64,000 nucleotides of DNA from a virus (IMGVR_UViG_651703075_000001:1-64000); one strand, 5' to 3'; positions 18,448 to 27,175 are shown, numbered from the stretch's first letter. Translations and numbers: made by a program. Notes: generated by a model not told the origin, from the sequence alone.

Positions 18448-19940
18448 ATGCCGCTTCCAAAACCTGACGACCTGTCCGTGATCTGGGCATCTATTGGGCA
18501 GGCGACCAAGCCTGCTCCAAACAAGATCATGACAGGTTGGACCAACGAAATCCCTCCCTACCAGTGGCACAACTGGTATTTCCAGAGGGTAGATAAGGCC
18601 CTGGCTCACATTAACCAGCAAGGCATCGCCATGTGGGATGCTGCCACCACTTACGAAGGGGGCACCAGCCGGCCAAAGGGTCAGACGGAATGGTGTACAA
18701 GGCCAAACGGTCCAGCCGAGGTGTTGACCCAGTATCTCCGGCAAGCAACCTGGACTGGGAACCCGCATTCGAGAGGTACGGTGAGGCTGCGAAAGTAAAT
18801 TCTCAGCTTCAATCCTTGAAAAAGGATTATGAAACACTGGCCAATATCAGCAACATTGCCATGGCCAGGCAAAACCTCTCGGTATATTCCAAAGCCGAGA
18901 CGGATGTCCGATATGCCTTCAAGGCTGGGGCAGCCGGGCAGGTGTTTGCTGTAGCCCCTGCCACCGCAGGGAGCCATGCAGTACCAAGGGATCAGTTGCC
19001 ATCCTTGTACCCCCGAGCAGGCGCGGCGCCGGGTATTATCGCCCTGGCAAGCCAAGCGGAAGGATACGCAGGCACCGTTGAGAACAAGGCGATTGCACCG
19101 AGTGTCCTGAAAGCACTCACCCTGTATAAGAGCCAGAATCTGGCGGACCTCCCGGATAAGCAGCTTGCCCGGGCGAACCTGGGCCTGGCCAGCTCTGCTG
19201 TGTTGCCGGAAAACACCTGGTTGAAAACTGCTAGCAACCTGGCTGATGTCCCCAACAAAGCCGCAGCCCGTGCCAACTTGGGGATCACGTCTTCAGCGCT
19301 CCTCCCCGAGAGCACCTGGTTGAAAACTGCTAGCAACCTGGCTGATGTTCCTAACAAGCCCGCAGCACGGGCTAACCTGGAGATCACAGACACTGCTACG
19401 CTGCCGGTTGGCGACGTGATGCGTAAGAGTCAGAACCTGGCAGGGTTGACCAACGTTCCTCAAGCCCGTGCCAACTTGGGTTTGGGGACTATGGCAACTG
19501 CCAACTCGGGAGACTTCCTAACCTCGGCGAACAACCTTGGAGATGTCAGGGATGCACAAGCAGCCCGGAACAACCTGGGCTTGAAAGGATGTGCTACTCT
19601 GGACGCTCTGGGTCTACCGAACGGAGCAACTGGCCTAGACTTCCAATCGGAACAATCCTCCAGCGCATCCGGCTGGGCAGCTCTTCCGAACGGGTTGATC
19701 CTTCAGTGGGGTCAAGGCCCTGCACTGTACGATGATCGGTCTACGATTGTCCGGCTGCCACGCCAGGCTCGAATCCTGAACGTGAGCGTAACTGTGATGG
19801 GCACTTTCAACGCCTCTATCGGGCCTGGCGCCTACATGACGGACCAGTGGAGTAATACTCAGTTCCGTGTATCGTGCAACTGGGGCAACTGGGCGTATCC
19901 GTTCTGCTGGTTCGCTATCACCACCATCTACGGGATGTAG
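18448..19940 (+). pseudogene. tail fiber protein 2, reading frame interrupted at G5 run 18658-18662 (sequencing error, frameshift mutation, or recoding)
   Basis: N-terminal 70 aa in frame 1 and remaining 426 aa in frame 0 both align with fiber 1 N-terminus (IWxxxG..P.P.K...GW, then GxVYKAxR); contains NL-x-D-x-x-x-x-x-x-AR-x-NLGL fiber repeats and a 102-nt tandem duplication. Confidence 0.5.
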
Positions 19941-19941
19941 T

Positions 19942-20505
19942 ATGATCACCGACAGAGAGTATCAGCAAGCTGCTGAGATGTTGGGGGTAGATGTCCCAGC
20001 GATCAAGGCAGTGACCAAGGTGGAGGCCCCGGTAGGGGGCTTCCAGCCTACAGGAGAGCCAACGATCCTCTACGAGCGTCACCAGATGTACCGACAGCTC
20101 CAGGCCAAAGGGCTCCCAACGGAAGGTCATCCCCCAGACCTGGTAAATAAGGTAGCTGGTGGGTATGGAAAATACAGCGAGCAACACGCTAAACTGGCCC
20201 GCGCCGTAAAGATCGACAGGGACAGCGCCCTGGAGTCCTGCTCCTGGGGGATGTTCCAGATCATGGGCTACCACTGGAAGCTGATGGGGTACCCTACCCT
20301 TCAAGCTTTCGTAAACGCCATGTACGCCAGCGAAGGAGCCCAGATGGACGCCTTCTGCCGGTTCATCAAGGCACAACCCACCACGCATGCTGCCTTGAAA
20401 GCCCACGATTGGGCCAAGTTTGCCAGACTGTACAACGGTCCAGGCTACGCCAAGAACAAGTATGACGTGAAATTGGAGAAAGCATATGCTGAAGCTAGTG
20501 GCTGA
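19942..20505 (+). CDS. endolysin, N-acetylmuramidase family (DUF3380/PF11860-like)
   Basis: 187 aa; motifs GGFQPTGEP, ILYERH, WGMFQIMGYHW, EGAQMDAF, YNGPGYAKNKYD match phage muramidase endolysins. Confidence 0.65.
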   Translation: MITDREYQQAAEMLGVDVPAIKAVTKVEAPVGGFQPTGEPTILYERHQMYRQLQAKGLPTEGHPPDLVNKVAGGYGKYSEQHAKLARAVKIDRDSALESCSWGMFQIMGYHWKLMGYPTLQAFVNAMYASEGAQMDAFCRFIKAQPTTHAALKAHDWAKFARLYNGPGYAKNKYDVKLEKAYAEASG

Positions 20506-20752
20506 AAAGGCCAAGCTGCACCGTAGCAGTACAGTGGTGCTGAGCATCTTCCTCTTCATCCTCTCGATGCTGATCATCTTCGAGCCGCTGATCCCAGGGC
20601 TTGCAGGTGTTCTCGGTCCCGACCTATACCCCAAGGTCGTGGCAGGCGTCTCCATGCTGATTGCAGCAGGCCGGTACATCGTCCAAACCTCCCTCCGGGG
20701 CATGGTAGTTCAAGTATCGGATGAGATTCCCAAGGAGGAAGAGGAAAAATGA
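20486..20752 (+). CDS. holin (class II-like, two TMDs)
   Basis: 88 aa, two hydrophobic segments (VVLSIFLFILSMLIIF; VVAGVSMLIAAG), charged C-tail EEEEK, overlaps endolysin end. Confidence 0.45.
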   Translation: MLKLVAEKAKLHRSSTVVLSIFLFILSMLIIFEPLIPGLAGVLGPDLYPKVVAGVSMLIAAGRYIVQTSLRGMVVQVSDEIPKEEEEK

Positions 20753-21166
20753 AACTGATGACTGCCATGCGGATAGCGTTGGTAGTCCCTCGTTCTGGGG
20801 CTCTCCTGGCTTCTCCGGGAGAGTCATCAGAAAATCGACAGGCTGGAGCAGAGCCTGGCTTCTCTGGAGGCCAGCTACGCAGAAGCATCGGCATCGTACC
20901 GATCCTTCCGAAAGCAATGTCTGTCCGTGTTCTCAATGAACGAGGAACTGGTGATTCAAAACAAGACCCTGGAGGCCTCTGTGGGCTCCGTGGTACAACG
21001 TTTGGATCGGACCCCTACACTGACCCTACCCGAGGTGAAAGATGCGCCTACGAGCGTTCCTGGGCATGTGGCTGCTGAGCGTCTCTCTCCTGGGACTATG
21101 GAGTTGCTCAACGAAGCCTTCTGTGCCGCAGCCCCCGCAGGTCATCCTGCCTGTGCTCCCAAATGA
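20749..21166 (+). pseudogene. i-spanin (Rz)-like gene needing +1 frame change near 20786-20800
   Basis: frame 1 start MKLMTAMRIALVVP (20749) and frame 2 continuation SLVLGLSWLL + coiled coil IDRLEQSLASLEASYAEA... to stop 21166 together give TMD + periplasmic coiled coil; frame 2 has no start codon of its own. Confidence 0.35.
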
Positions 21167-21614
21167 GTGGACAACCCCCTGCGTAATCTTCCCGGTGGAA
21201 GAGGACACGGTAAAGGCCTTGGCCAAGGGGTACGTCCTGAACACTGGTGCAGCAGGTTGCGCCAACAACAAACTCCACTTCATCCAGCAGGGTACAAAGA
21301 CCTGGAGGCCCAGTATGGCAGCCGCACGCAGTAACAACGAAGACTCCCAGTGGAAGTATGTACTGGACCTGGCAGCAAAGTTCCTCCTACCCCTGCTGAT
21401 GGCATGGGCCACCTGGCAACAGACGCAGATTGGTAAGGTAGAGGATAGGCTGTATGCCCTCCAAGCTGTTGCTGTGACCGAGCAAAAACTGGTTGCCACG
21501 GAAAGCCGTATCCTGAACTACCTGGATGTTCGGCTAGGGGACCTGGACAAGAAGATGGAGGTCAATCAGAAATACTCCGAAATGATCATCCAGATGATGA
21601 AGCAGGAGCGGTAA
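21042..21614 (+). CDS. lipoprotein, o-spanin-like N-terminus fused to coiled-coil C-terminal region
   Basis: signal peptide + LGLWSC lipobox-like site, Pro-rich SVPQPPQVILPVLP, start embedded in Rz-like ORF (Rz1-like arrangement); 190 aa is long for o-spanin. Confidence 0.45.
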   Translation: MRLRAFLGMWLLSVSLLGLWSCSTKPSVPQPPQVILPVLPNEWTTPCVIFPVEEDTVKALAKGYVLNTGAAGCANNKLHFIQQGTKTWRPSMAAARSNNEDSQWKYVLDLAAKFLLPLLMAWATWQQTQIGKVEDRLYALQAVAVTEQKLVATESRILNYLDVRLGDLDKKMEVNQKYSEMIIQMMKQER

Positions 21615-21629
21615 ACGAGAGGTGTCCTC

Positions 21630-21917
21630 ATGACGAAGGCCCACGAAATCACCGTCCTGGGGATGCTCTTCGCTACACTGCTGACTCTGGTGGTCGGTTT
21701 GGGAGTTCTGGTCTACTACGCTCAACGAGTGACCAGCACCGAGTACCAGTTCGACATCATCCGGAAGGAGTACCGGCTCAGCCTGGAAGAGATGCGGCGA
21801 GACTTCGATATCCGAACAAACAGACTGCAAGAGCAAATCAATGCCATGCAGTATACCACGTCTAAGCAGATGCGGCTGCTTCAAGAAGAGCAGGACAACC
21901 TCAAGCGGAAAAGATGA
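21630..21917 (+). CDS. membrane coiled-coil protein (i-spanin-like / lysis-associated)
   Basis: 95 aa, N-terminal TMD ITVLGMLFATLLTLVVGLGVLVYY followed by charged coiled coil; last gene before terminator. Confidence 0.45.
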   Translation: MTKAHEITVLGMLFATLLTLVVGLGVLVYYAQRVTSTEYQFDIIRKEYRLSLEEMRRDFDIRTNRLQEQINAMQYTTSKQMRLLQEEQDNLKRKR

Positions 21918-21950
21918 GCCCCACTGGCCACAAGCTGGTGGGGCTTTTTC
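21917..21950 (+). terminator. rho-independent terminator
   Basis: GCCCCACTGGCCACAAGCTGGTGGGGC hairpin + TTTTT. Confidence 0.7.
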
Positions 21951-21968
21951 ACGCCCGGAGAAAAGTAG

Positions 21969-21997
21969 TTGACATCCCCCACAACACCCTATACAGT
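21969..21997 (+). promoter_or_regulatory. sigma70-like promoter TTGACA-N17-TACAGTGGCC
   Basis: same extended consensus as early promoter family; sits right after terminator and before 22026 gene. Confidence 0.55.
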
Positions 21998-22025
21998 GGC
22001 CGCATCAACAACTTGAGGAGGTTCC

Positions 22026-22445
22026 ATGGATAAGGTTTCCATCGACGCAACATTTGACATTGAATCGGTGATCACCGAGCCGGATGGGATAGTATACTCG
22101 GACTACCACAAAGGAACTCCCTTAGGAGTAACCGCCACTCTCCGTGTGAACATGCCCAAACGGGACTCCCGCAGGGTGTGGAAGACTCTCTTGGCCATGG
22201 ATTTCTCGGCCCTGGAGCAGCGTGTATTGGCAGCCATGCTGACTTCTGGAGGGTTGGTTATGCTTCTAGAGGATGGTAAGCTGTACGATCAGAACGGCGC
22301 CCAGATAGAGCACCCCCGTGATAAGCTCGTGGTGATCTTCGATGAGTGGGACAAGCTTTCCAAAAATCAGCGCCACCTTCGCGCCAAGAAGCACCGTACA
22401 GCCCCCAAGAACCCTCAACTGCGAAAGAATCACTGGAACCGTTGA
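22026..22445 (+). CDS. hypothetical protein
   Basis: 139 aa, RBS gaggagg. Confidence 0.5.
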   Translation: MDKVSIDATFDIESVITEPDGIVYSDYHKGTPLGVTATLRVNMPKRDSRRVWKTLLAMDFSALEQRVLAAMLTSGGLVMLLEDGKLYDQNGAQIEHPRDKLVVIFDEWDKLSKNQRHLRAKKHRTAPKNPQLRKNHWNR

Positions 22446-22468
22446 CACAGGAATATAAAGGAGGAACA

Positions 22469-22678
22469 ATGAAGAACAGTACAGCAGCCCTCGGACTGGC
22501 ATGTGCGCTGGCAACAATGCTCACCCTGCCATCCCCGTACCCTGCTACGCTGAACAGCCGGTGGGAGGTTGAAGTCCCGGCCCAGGAGGAATCGACCGAC
22601 AAGAAGAAGGCCAAGAAAAAGAAACTGAAGGCCCTTCAAGCTGAAGCTGTTAAGTCGCGTAAGGGAGGTAAGAAGTGA
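22469..22678 (+). CDS. small secreted basic protein
   Basis: 69 aa from ATG with RBS aaggagga; N-terminal signal-like LGLACALATMLTL; Lys-rich tail. Confidence 0.45.
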   Translation: MKNSTAALGLACALATMLTLPSPYPATLNSRWEVEVPAQEESTDKKKAKKKKLKALQAEAVKSRKGGKK

Positions 22679-23052
22679 CTAAACCGCTCGATCCGCCTCC
22701 GACAGTGGAGTATGTTCGAACGACTCGGAAGGACCCTCCACCGCCTCCTCCAGGCCCTGCTGTGAGGTGGGTGAAAGAAGGGACGACTTTGGATGAACTA
22801 GCGAGGGATTTGAAATTGCAACATATGAAAGCATGGTTTGTCGTGGTTTTAGCAGTTATCCTGGCACTCACCATGATGTTTTCCTTCCTGGGCATGATGC
22901 AGCGCTTGGAAGAGAACCAAGTGAAGCTCGAATCTGAGCGGGTGCAAGCCGTGAAAGAGGCAATCACCAAATGCGAGGCGGGAGCTGGAGTGTTGGAAGT
23001 GACTCTGAAAGGAGACCGGCTGACTTCCTACACTTGCAAGTTCTCGAAGTAG
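22675..23052 (+). CDS. membrane protein
   Basis: 125 aa, central TMD WFVVVLAVILALTMMFSFLGMM, ATGA overlap upstream. Confidence 0.45.
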   Translation: MTKPLDPPPTVEYVRTTRKDPPPPPPGPAVRWVKEGTTLDELARDLKLQHMKAWFVVVLAVILALTMMFSFLGMMQRLEENQVKLESERVQAVKEAITKCEAGAGVLEVTLKGDRLTSYTCKFSK

Positions 23053-23057
23053 CTGTT

Positions 23058-23279
23058 ATGATTCCAGACCTCAAGGAGGCTTACCAGAAAGCCTCCAAGA
23101 GGACTAAGCTGTTGATACTGGCTGCCCTGGTTAGCCAAGCAGCGATAGCCCTCTACGAACAAGATAGAAGGTCTTTAAAAGACCCCCACCTGTCCAGGAT
23201 GTGTTTCGTACAACAAGGGGTTTTTGAAGTTACCCGAACAGGCCCTATCACCCGAATCTATTGCAAGAAAGGAGAGTAA
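23058..23279 (+). CDS. hypothetical protein
   Basis: 73 aa from internal ATG of track ORF 22971. Confidence 0.35.
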   Translation: MIPDLKEAYQKASKRTKLLILAALVSQAAIALYEQDRRSLKDPHLSRMCFVQQGVFEVTRTGPITRIYCKKGE

Positions 23280-23281
23280 AG

Positions 23282-23482
23282 ATGGTAATTTTCACTAAAG
23301 AACGGAACAACTTGGCCAACAGTGAGACGATCGCTATCAACGCCAAACACGTCACTGCTCTGGAAATCCCCGCGTCGAAGGAGGAAATCCGGGTAGGCCT
23401 CACAAGCGGGGTTATTATCCTGGACTTCCTCACCGCCCAGGATGCCAAACAAGCCTTCGAAACTCTGACTTTCGCCTGCTAA
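23282..23482 (+). CDS. hypothetical protein
   Basis: 66 aa, strong RBS aaaggagag. Confidence 0.45.
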   Translation: MVIFTKERNNLANSETIAINAKHVTALEIPASKEEIRVGLTSGVIILDFLTAQDAKQAFETLTFAC

Positions 23483-23492
23483 GGAGGTACCA

Positions 23493-23759
23493 ATGGAACT
23501 CGACATCCGCCAACCCAACCCTCCCTTCGATACCATCCGGATTGCGGATATCAGCGACGATATGAGCAATGTGTGCCTGATCACGTGCAAAGAGGCCCCT
23601 CCCGGAGCTGTGCGCTTGGTGTACCCGGACGAAGGCCAGGCTACATTTGGAATGCCAGGAGATATCGTGCAACAAGAGCTTCTGGTGGAGGACAAGATGC
23701 ACGCCAACTTCCTTATCATGGCGCTGGAGAAGGCTATCGAGTTGGGGTGGCTGAAATGA
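23493..23759 (+). CDS. hypothetical protein
   Basis: 88 aa, RBS aaggaggtacc. Confidence 0.5.
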   Translation: MELDIRQPNPPFDTIRIADISDDMSNVCLITCKEAPPGAVRLVYPDEGQATFGMPGDIVQQELLVEDKMHANFLIMALEKAIELGWLK

Positions 23760-24124
23760 TGGGACTGCCGATCTACCTGAGCGTTAGCGTCTACCACTTG
23801 GCAGGCCTTATCGCAGTCGCCTGCCTGGTCTACTGGGGTATCATCAAGATGACCCGGAGCGAGGTTGAACGAGGAAACATGACCAAGCCGCAAGCGTCCT
23901 GGTGGCGTAAGTGGTACCCCGTGTGGGCTATCGTCTGCATCTCGGTCTCGTGCCTGGGCTTCGGCTACAAGGTGGAAGAGATTCGCCCGGTGGGCACGTT
24001 CCAATCCCATCCCACAACTGTTGACACAGGGGAGAAGAAGGAGTATCGTGCATACCGTGAAAAGGCAGAAGAGCGGTTCAACAAGACCCTCGAAGCCATC
24101 GAAACGAAAAACAACCTGAAGTAA
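23756..24124 (+). CDS. membrane protein, two TMDs (possible partner of SPFH protein)
   Basis: 122 aa from ATG overlapping upstream stop; TMDs LSVSVYHLAGLIAVACLVYWGII and VWAIVCISVSCLGFG; directly upstream of SPFH gene. Confidence 0.45.
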   Translation: MMGLPIYLSVSVYHLAGLIAVACLVYWGIIKMTRSEVERGNMTKPQASWWRKWYPVWAIVCISVSCLGFGYKVEEIRPVGTFQSHPTTVDTGEKKEYRAYREKAEERFNKTLEAIETKNNLK

Positions 24125-24133
24125 GGAGGAAAG

Positions 24134-24985
24134 ATGTTCAAGAACCTGATGCGTGGCGTCGCCATTGTCCTGGCCCTGGCCCTGGTTGCAGGCTGCTCTG
24201 ATGTGGTACCGCCTGCCATGAAAGGCAAGCACCTCAGCGGTAGTGGCTACAGCACCAACGTCCTCGAACCTGGCCGTCACTGGCGCGCCCCGTGGACTCG
24301 TATCGTGATGCTGGATGTCTCCACCCAGACCGTCGCCGAGCCCCTGAAAGTGAAGATGGCCGACAATCTGGACCTGACGTTCGTGGTACGCTTCCGTACT
24401 CGAATCGCAGGCACCGAGCGAACCATCAATGCCATGTTCAACGATATCCGGGTGGAGAATGACCGAGTAACTCTCCAGCAGGTGTATGGTGTCTACGGTA
24501 AGGATGTGGTACAACGTGTCAGCCGCTCGGTCCTGGGCAAGTACCGCACCCAGGATGTGGCAGCCAACTTCGACAAGATCAACCAAGCCCTACACTCCCA
24601 ACTGGTAGCAGCAATGGAGGGTAGCCCTTTGGAGGTGAGCAACATCACCCTGGCTGACCTGCAATACCCGGAAGTGATTACGAAGGCTATCGAAGCTCAG
24701 AACGAGCGAGAGCTGGCTATCAAGACCGCCGAGAACGAACAGGCTATCGAGATGGTCAAGCGTGAGAACGCCCTGAAACTGGCCGAGGCGGATCGTGAAA
24801 TCGAACTGACCAAAGCACGTACTCTGGCTGACCAGAACGAAATCACGAACCGTGGCCTGTCGGAGCGGCTGCTCCAGTACAAGGCGCTGGAAGTCCAGAT
24901 GGAAATGACCAAGAATTCCTCTGCGGTGTTCGTACCCTACGAGGCTCTGACCAGCCCCGGCTTCCAGAACCGCGTCTACAAGTGA
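24134..24985 (+). CDS. SPFH/band-7 (stomatin/prohibitin/HflK-C-like) domain lipoprotein
   Basis: 283 aa; signal peptide + LVAGC lipobox; L-x-PG-x-H-x-x-x-P...V-x-VD-x-x-x-Q core and C-terminal Ala/Glu-rich coiled coil AIEAQNERELAIKTAENEQAIEMVKRENALKLAEADREIELTKA typical of SPFH proteins. Confidence 0.6.
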   Translation: MFKNLMRGVAIVLALALVAGCSDVVPPAMKGKHLSGSGYSTNVLEPGRHWRAPWTRIVMLDVSTQTVAEPLKVKMADNLDLTFVVRFRTRIAGTERTINAMFNDIRVENDRVTLQQVYGVYGKDVVQRVSRSVLGKYRTQDVAANFDKINQALHSQLVAAMEGSPLEVSNITLADLQYPEVITKAIEAQNERELAIKTAENEQAIEMVKRENALKLAEADREIELTKARTLADQNEITNRGLSERLLQYKALEVQMEMTKNSSAVFVPYEALTSPGFQNRVYK

Positions 24986-24989
24986 CCAA

Positions 24990-25021
24990 CAGGGGCCAGC
25001 CAGGCTGGCCCCATTTCTTTT
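24990..25021 (+). terminator. rho-independent terminator
   Basis: GGGGCCAGCCAGGCTGGCCCC hairpin + ATTTCTTTT. Confidence 0.65.
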
Positions 25022-25033
25022 GAAGGAGGATGC

Positions 25034-25354
25034 ATGGAACATAAAGCGTTGGAAGGTGTTAAACACAGAACGTGGGAAGTGGTGGATAGCGAGTTTGACG
25101 GAGTTTACATCCGAGAAGCCCTCCCTAAAGTGAGGGGTGGATACCTGATCGAGTACGTGATTGCCTCTGATGTTAAGGAAGAGCATGTTGCTACCCTGTG
25201 TGCTGCCCGGGAGCTGAAAGCGGAGCTGGAGCGCCTGTGCCGGATGAGTGAGTCCAGCTTTATCCTCTTGGGCTGGGAAGAAAAGGACATTGAAAGCGTC
25301 CTCGCTCCCGCAAAAGCAGCCCTGGCCTTGGCCAACAAAAACTGGGAGAAGTGA
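25034..25354 (+). CDS. hypothetical protein
   Basis: 106 aa, RBS gaaggagga. Confidence 0.5.
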   Translation: MEHKALEGVKHRTWEVVDSEFDGVYIREALPKVRGGYLIEYVIASDVKEEHVATLCAARELKAELERLCRMSESSFILLGWEEKDIESVLAPAKAALALANKNWEK

Positions 25355-25355
25355 G

Positions 25356-25727
25356 ATGGACGTGATGGACGACGATTTTGAGTTCCCTGATATCCTGCCG
25401 GAGTGGGCTGAAGAGTTTCATCCCTCGGAAGGAAAGCACCAGATAGGGGCGCAGTTGGCGACTAAGGATGGACGAGTAACTGGGAATGGGGTGATATTCT
25501 GTGCTGTGCCGTGGAAATTCTACCCTAAGCTTGACCTGTTCCTTGTGGTGACGGATGCAGGAAACGTTCTCAAGTTGACCGAGTACGAGTTGAACAGCCT
25601 CTTCCACTGGCCACAATATATTGCCGACCTCAACCAACCGACTCCGGCTGAGGTGATGTATACGGTAAAGACAGGACCAATTGGGGACCTTATTCAAGAC
25701 TTCAAGGAGGAAAACGGACATGCGTAA
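25356..25727 (+). CDS. hypothetical protein
   Basis: 123 aa from ATG with RBS gggaga just after upstream stop. Confidence 0.45.
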   Translation: MDVMDDDFEFPDILPEWAEEFHPSEGKHQIGAQLATKDGRVTGNGVIFCAVPWKFYPKLDLFLVVTDAGNVLKLTEYELNSLFHWPQYIADLNQPTPAEVMYTVKTGPIGDLIQDFKEENGHA

Positions 25728-26940
25728 ACTATCTTCAATTCGTCAAGTGTCAGGTATCGAACCCATCGAGGGTGCAGACCGGATCGAGAAGGCCTTCTTC
25801 GGGGGCTGGACCACCATCGTTCCAAAAGGTGTGCTGTCCCCCGGCGACCTGGCAGTCTACTTCGAGATTGACAGCCTGCTGCCTGTGGCAGACCCAGCAT
25901 TCTCTCACCTCACCAAGAACCTGGTGAAGGTTACCCGGAAGAAAGAGTCCTGTTCCCTGGGGATGGGTTGCGAGGTGGTGGGAGCCTGTTATGCCTCGTC
26001 GCAAGGTTGCCCTAGTGAGTGCGGTGGCGAAGAGGAGGTGGTATACTCTCGCCTGCGGACTATGAAAATGCGAGGTGTAACCTCCCAGGGTTTGGCCCTT
26101 CCTCTACGAGCCTTCCCAGGCCGCCTGGCACAGTTGGAAGCTGGCATCCTTCGCCGGCTACAGAAAGCACCCGTGCAAGAGGTGTTGGACGACCTGAATG
26201 AGAAGATGCCGCTGGATGAAATGCTCGGCGTGCTGAAGTACGAGAAACCTGAAGAGGTGGAGGCAGGGAATAGTAATGTCTCCCGCGTCAGCACGTTCCC
26301 CTCATACATCCCGAAGACGGACCAGGAAAGGGTCCAGAACATCCCGCTGGAGAAGGTCATTGCAGATGGACCATATCAGGTAACCATCAAGATGGATGGC
26401 TCCAGTTGCACCGTATGGGTGAATGAAGAGGGTGTGGGCATGGCCAGCCGAAATCAAACACTCGTGGAGCCCACCTGGACGAATTTCCCCAGCTTCGAGG
26501 ATTGCAATCACTTTGGGCAGGCCGTCCTGGACCAGGACATCCCGCGCAAGTTGGCAGAGTTCTATGAACTCAGCAAACAGCCGTTCGCAATTCAAGGCGA
26601 GGTGTGTGGCCCGGCTATTCAGGGCAACAAGGAGAAACTGGAGAAACCTACCTTCTTCTTGTTCAGTGTCTTCAACATCAAGGAGGGTGCCTACGAGTCC
26701 CCAGAGTATTGCAGGATGCTGGCGGAAACTCTCGATATTAAGCATGTGCCTGTGCTCTCGACTCAGCATGTGTTTGAAGATGTCACTTATGCCGACATCC
26801 TTGCCATGGCTGAAGGTAAGAGCTATAATCCTGCCACCAACAGGGAAGGCCTTGTTTTCACAGCGGTAGACAAGAACCGCTACGGTCACTACCCCCATTT
26901 CAAAGCTATCAGCCAATCTTGGCTGGCGAAACACGAGTAA
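25720..26940 (+). CDS. ATP-dependent RNA ligase (Rnl5/DraRnl-like: N-terminal OB-like region + nucleotidyltransferase)
   Basis: 406 aa, RBS aaggagga; motif I TIKMDGSS (KxDG), motif IV EGLVF, motif V HFKAIS; Cys-rich insert CSLGMGCEVVGACYASSQGCPSECGG. Confidence 0.55.
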   Translation: MRKLSSIRQVSGIEPIEGADRIEKAFFGGWTTIVPKGVLSPGDLAVYFEIDSLLPVADPAFSHLTKNLVKVTRKKESCSLGMGCEVVGACYASSQGCPSECGGEEEVVYSRLRTMKMRGVTSQGLALPLRAFPGRLAQLEAGILRRLQKAPVQEVLDDLNEKMPLDEMLGVLKYEKPEEVEAGNSNVSRVSTFPSYIPKTDQERVQNIPLEKVIADGPYQVTIKMDGSSCTVWVNEEGVGMASRNQTLVEPTWTNFPSFEDCNHFGQAVLDQDIPRKLAEFYELSKQPFAIQGEVCGPAIQGNKEKLEKPTFFLFSVFNIKEGAYESPEYCRMLAETLDIKHVPVLSTQHVFEDVTYADILAMAEGKSYNPATNREGLVFTAVDKNRYGHYPHFKAISQSWLAKHE

Positions 26941-26949
26941 GGAGAGTCC

Positions 26950-27135
26950 ATGCAGTCGCAGTTCCAAAACATCCTGAAATCCCTGGAAATCGCTCGTCAG
27001 ATTCGGGATGACGAAGAGTTCGCCCGGCTGGTTGAGCTGGGCATGGTTCAGGCGGACATCATGAATGAGTCGTTCTACTGGGTTGACATGCAGGGCCGTT
27101 TCAGGCAGTATACTCCTCACGGCTTCGAACACTGA
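26950..27135 (+). CDS. hypothetical protein
   Basis: 61 aa, RBS aaggagag. Confidence 0.4.
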   Translation: MQSQFQNILKSLEIARQIRDDEEFARLVELGMVQADIMNESFYWVDMQGRFRQYTPHGFEH

Positions 27136-27175
27136 TCAACATGGCCCGGCTAGTCCGGGCCTTACAGGAGGAAAC

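Noticed and set aside
20749-21078. Frame-1 ORF 20749..21078 as a genuine 109-aa protein
   Set aside because: After the first ~14 residues the translation is low-complexity Gly/Arg/Ser-rich. The overlapping frame 2 encodes a clean coiled-coil Rz-like protein, so frame 1 is most likely non-coding beyond the start region.
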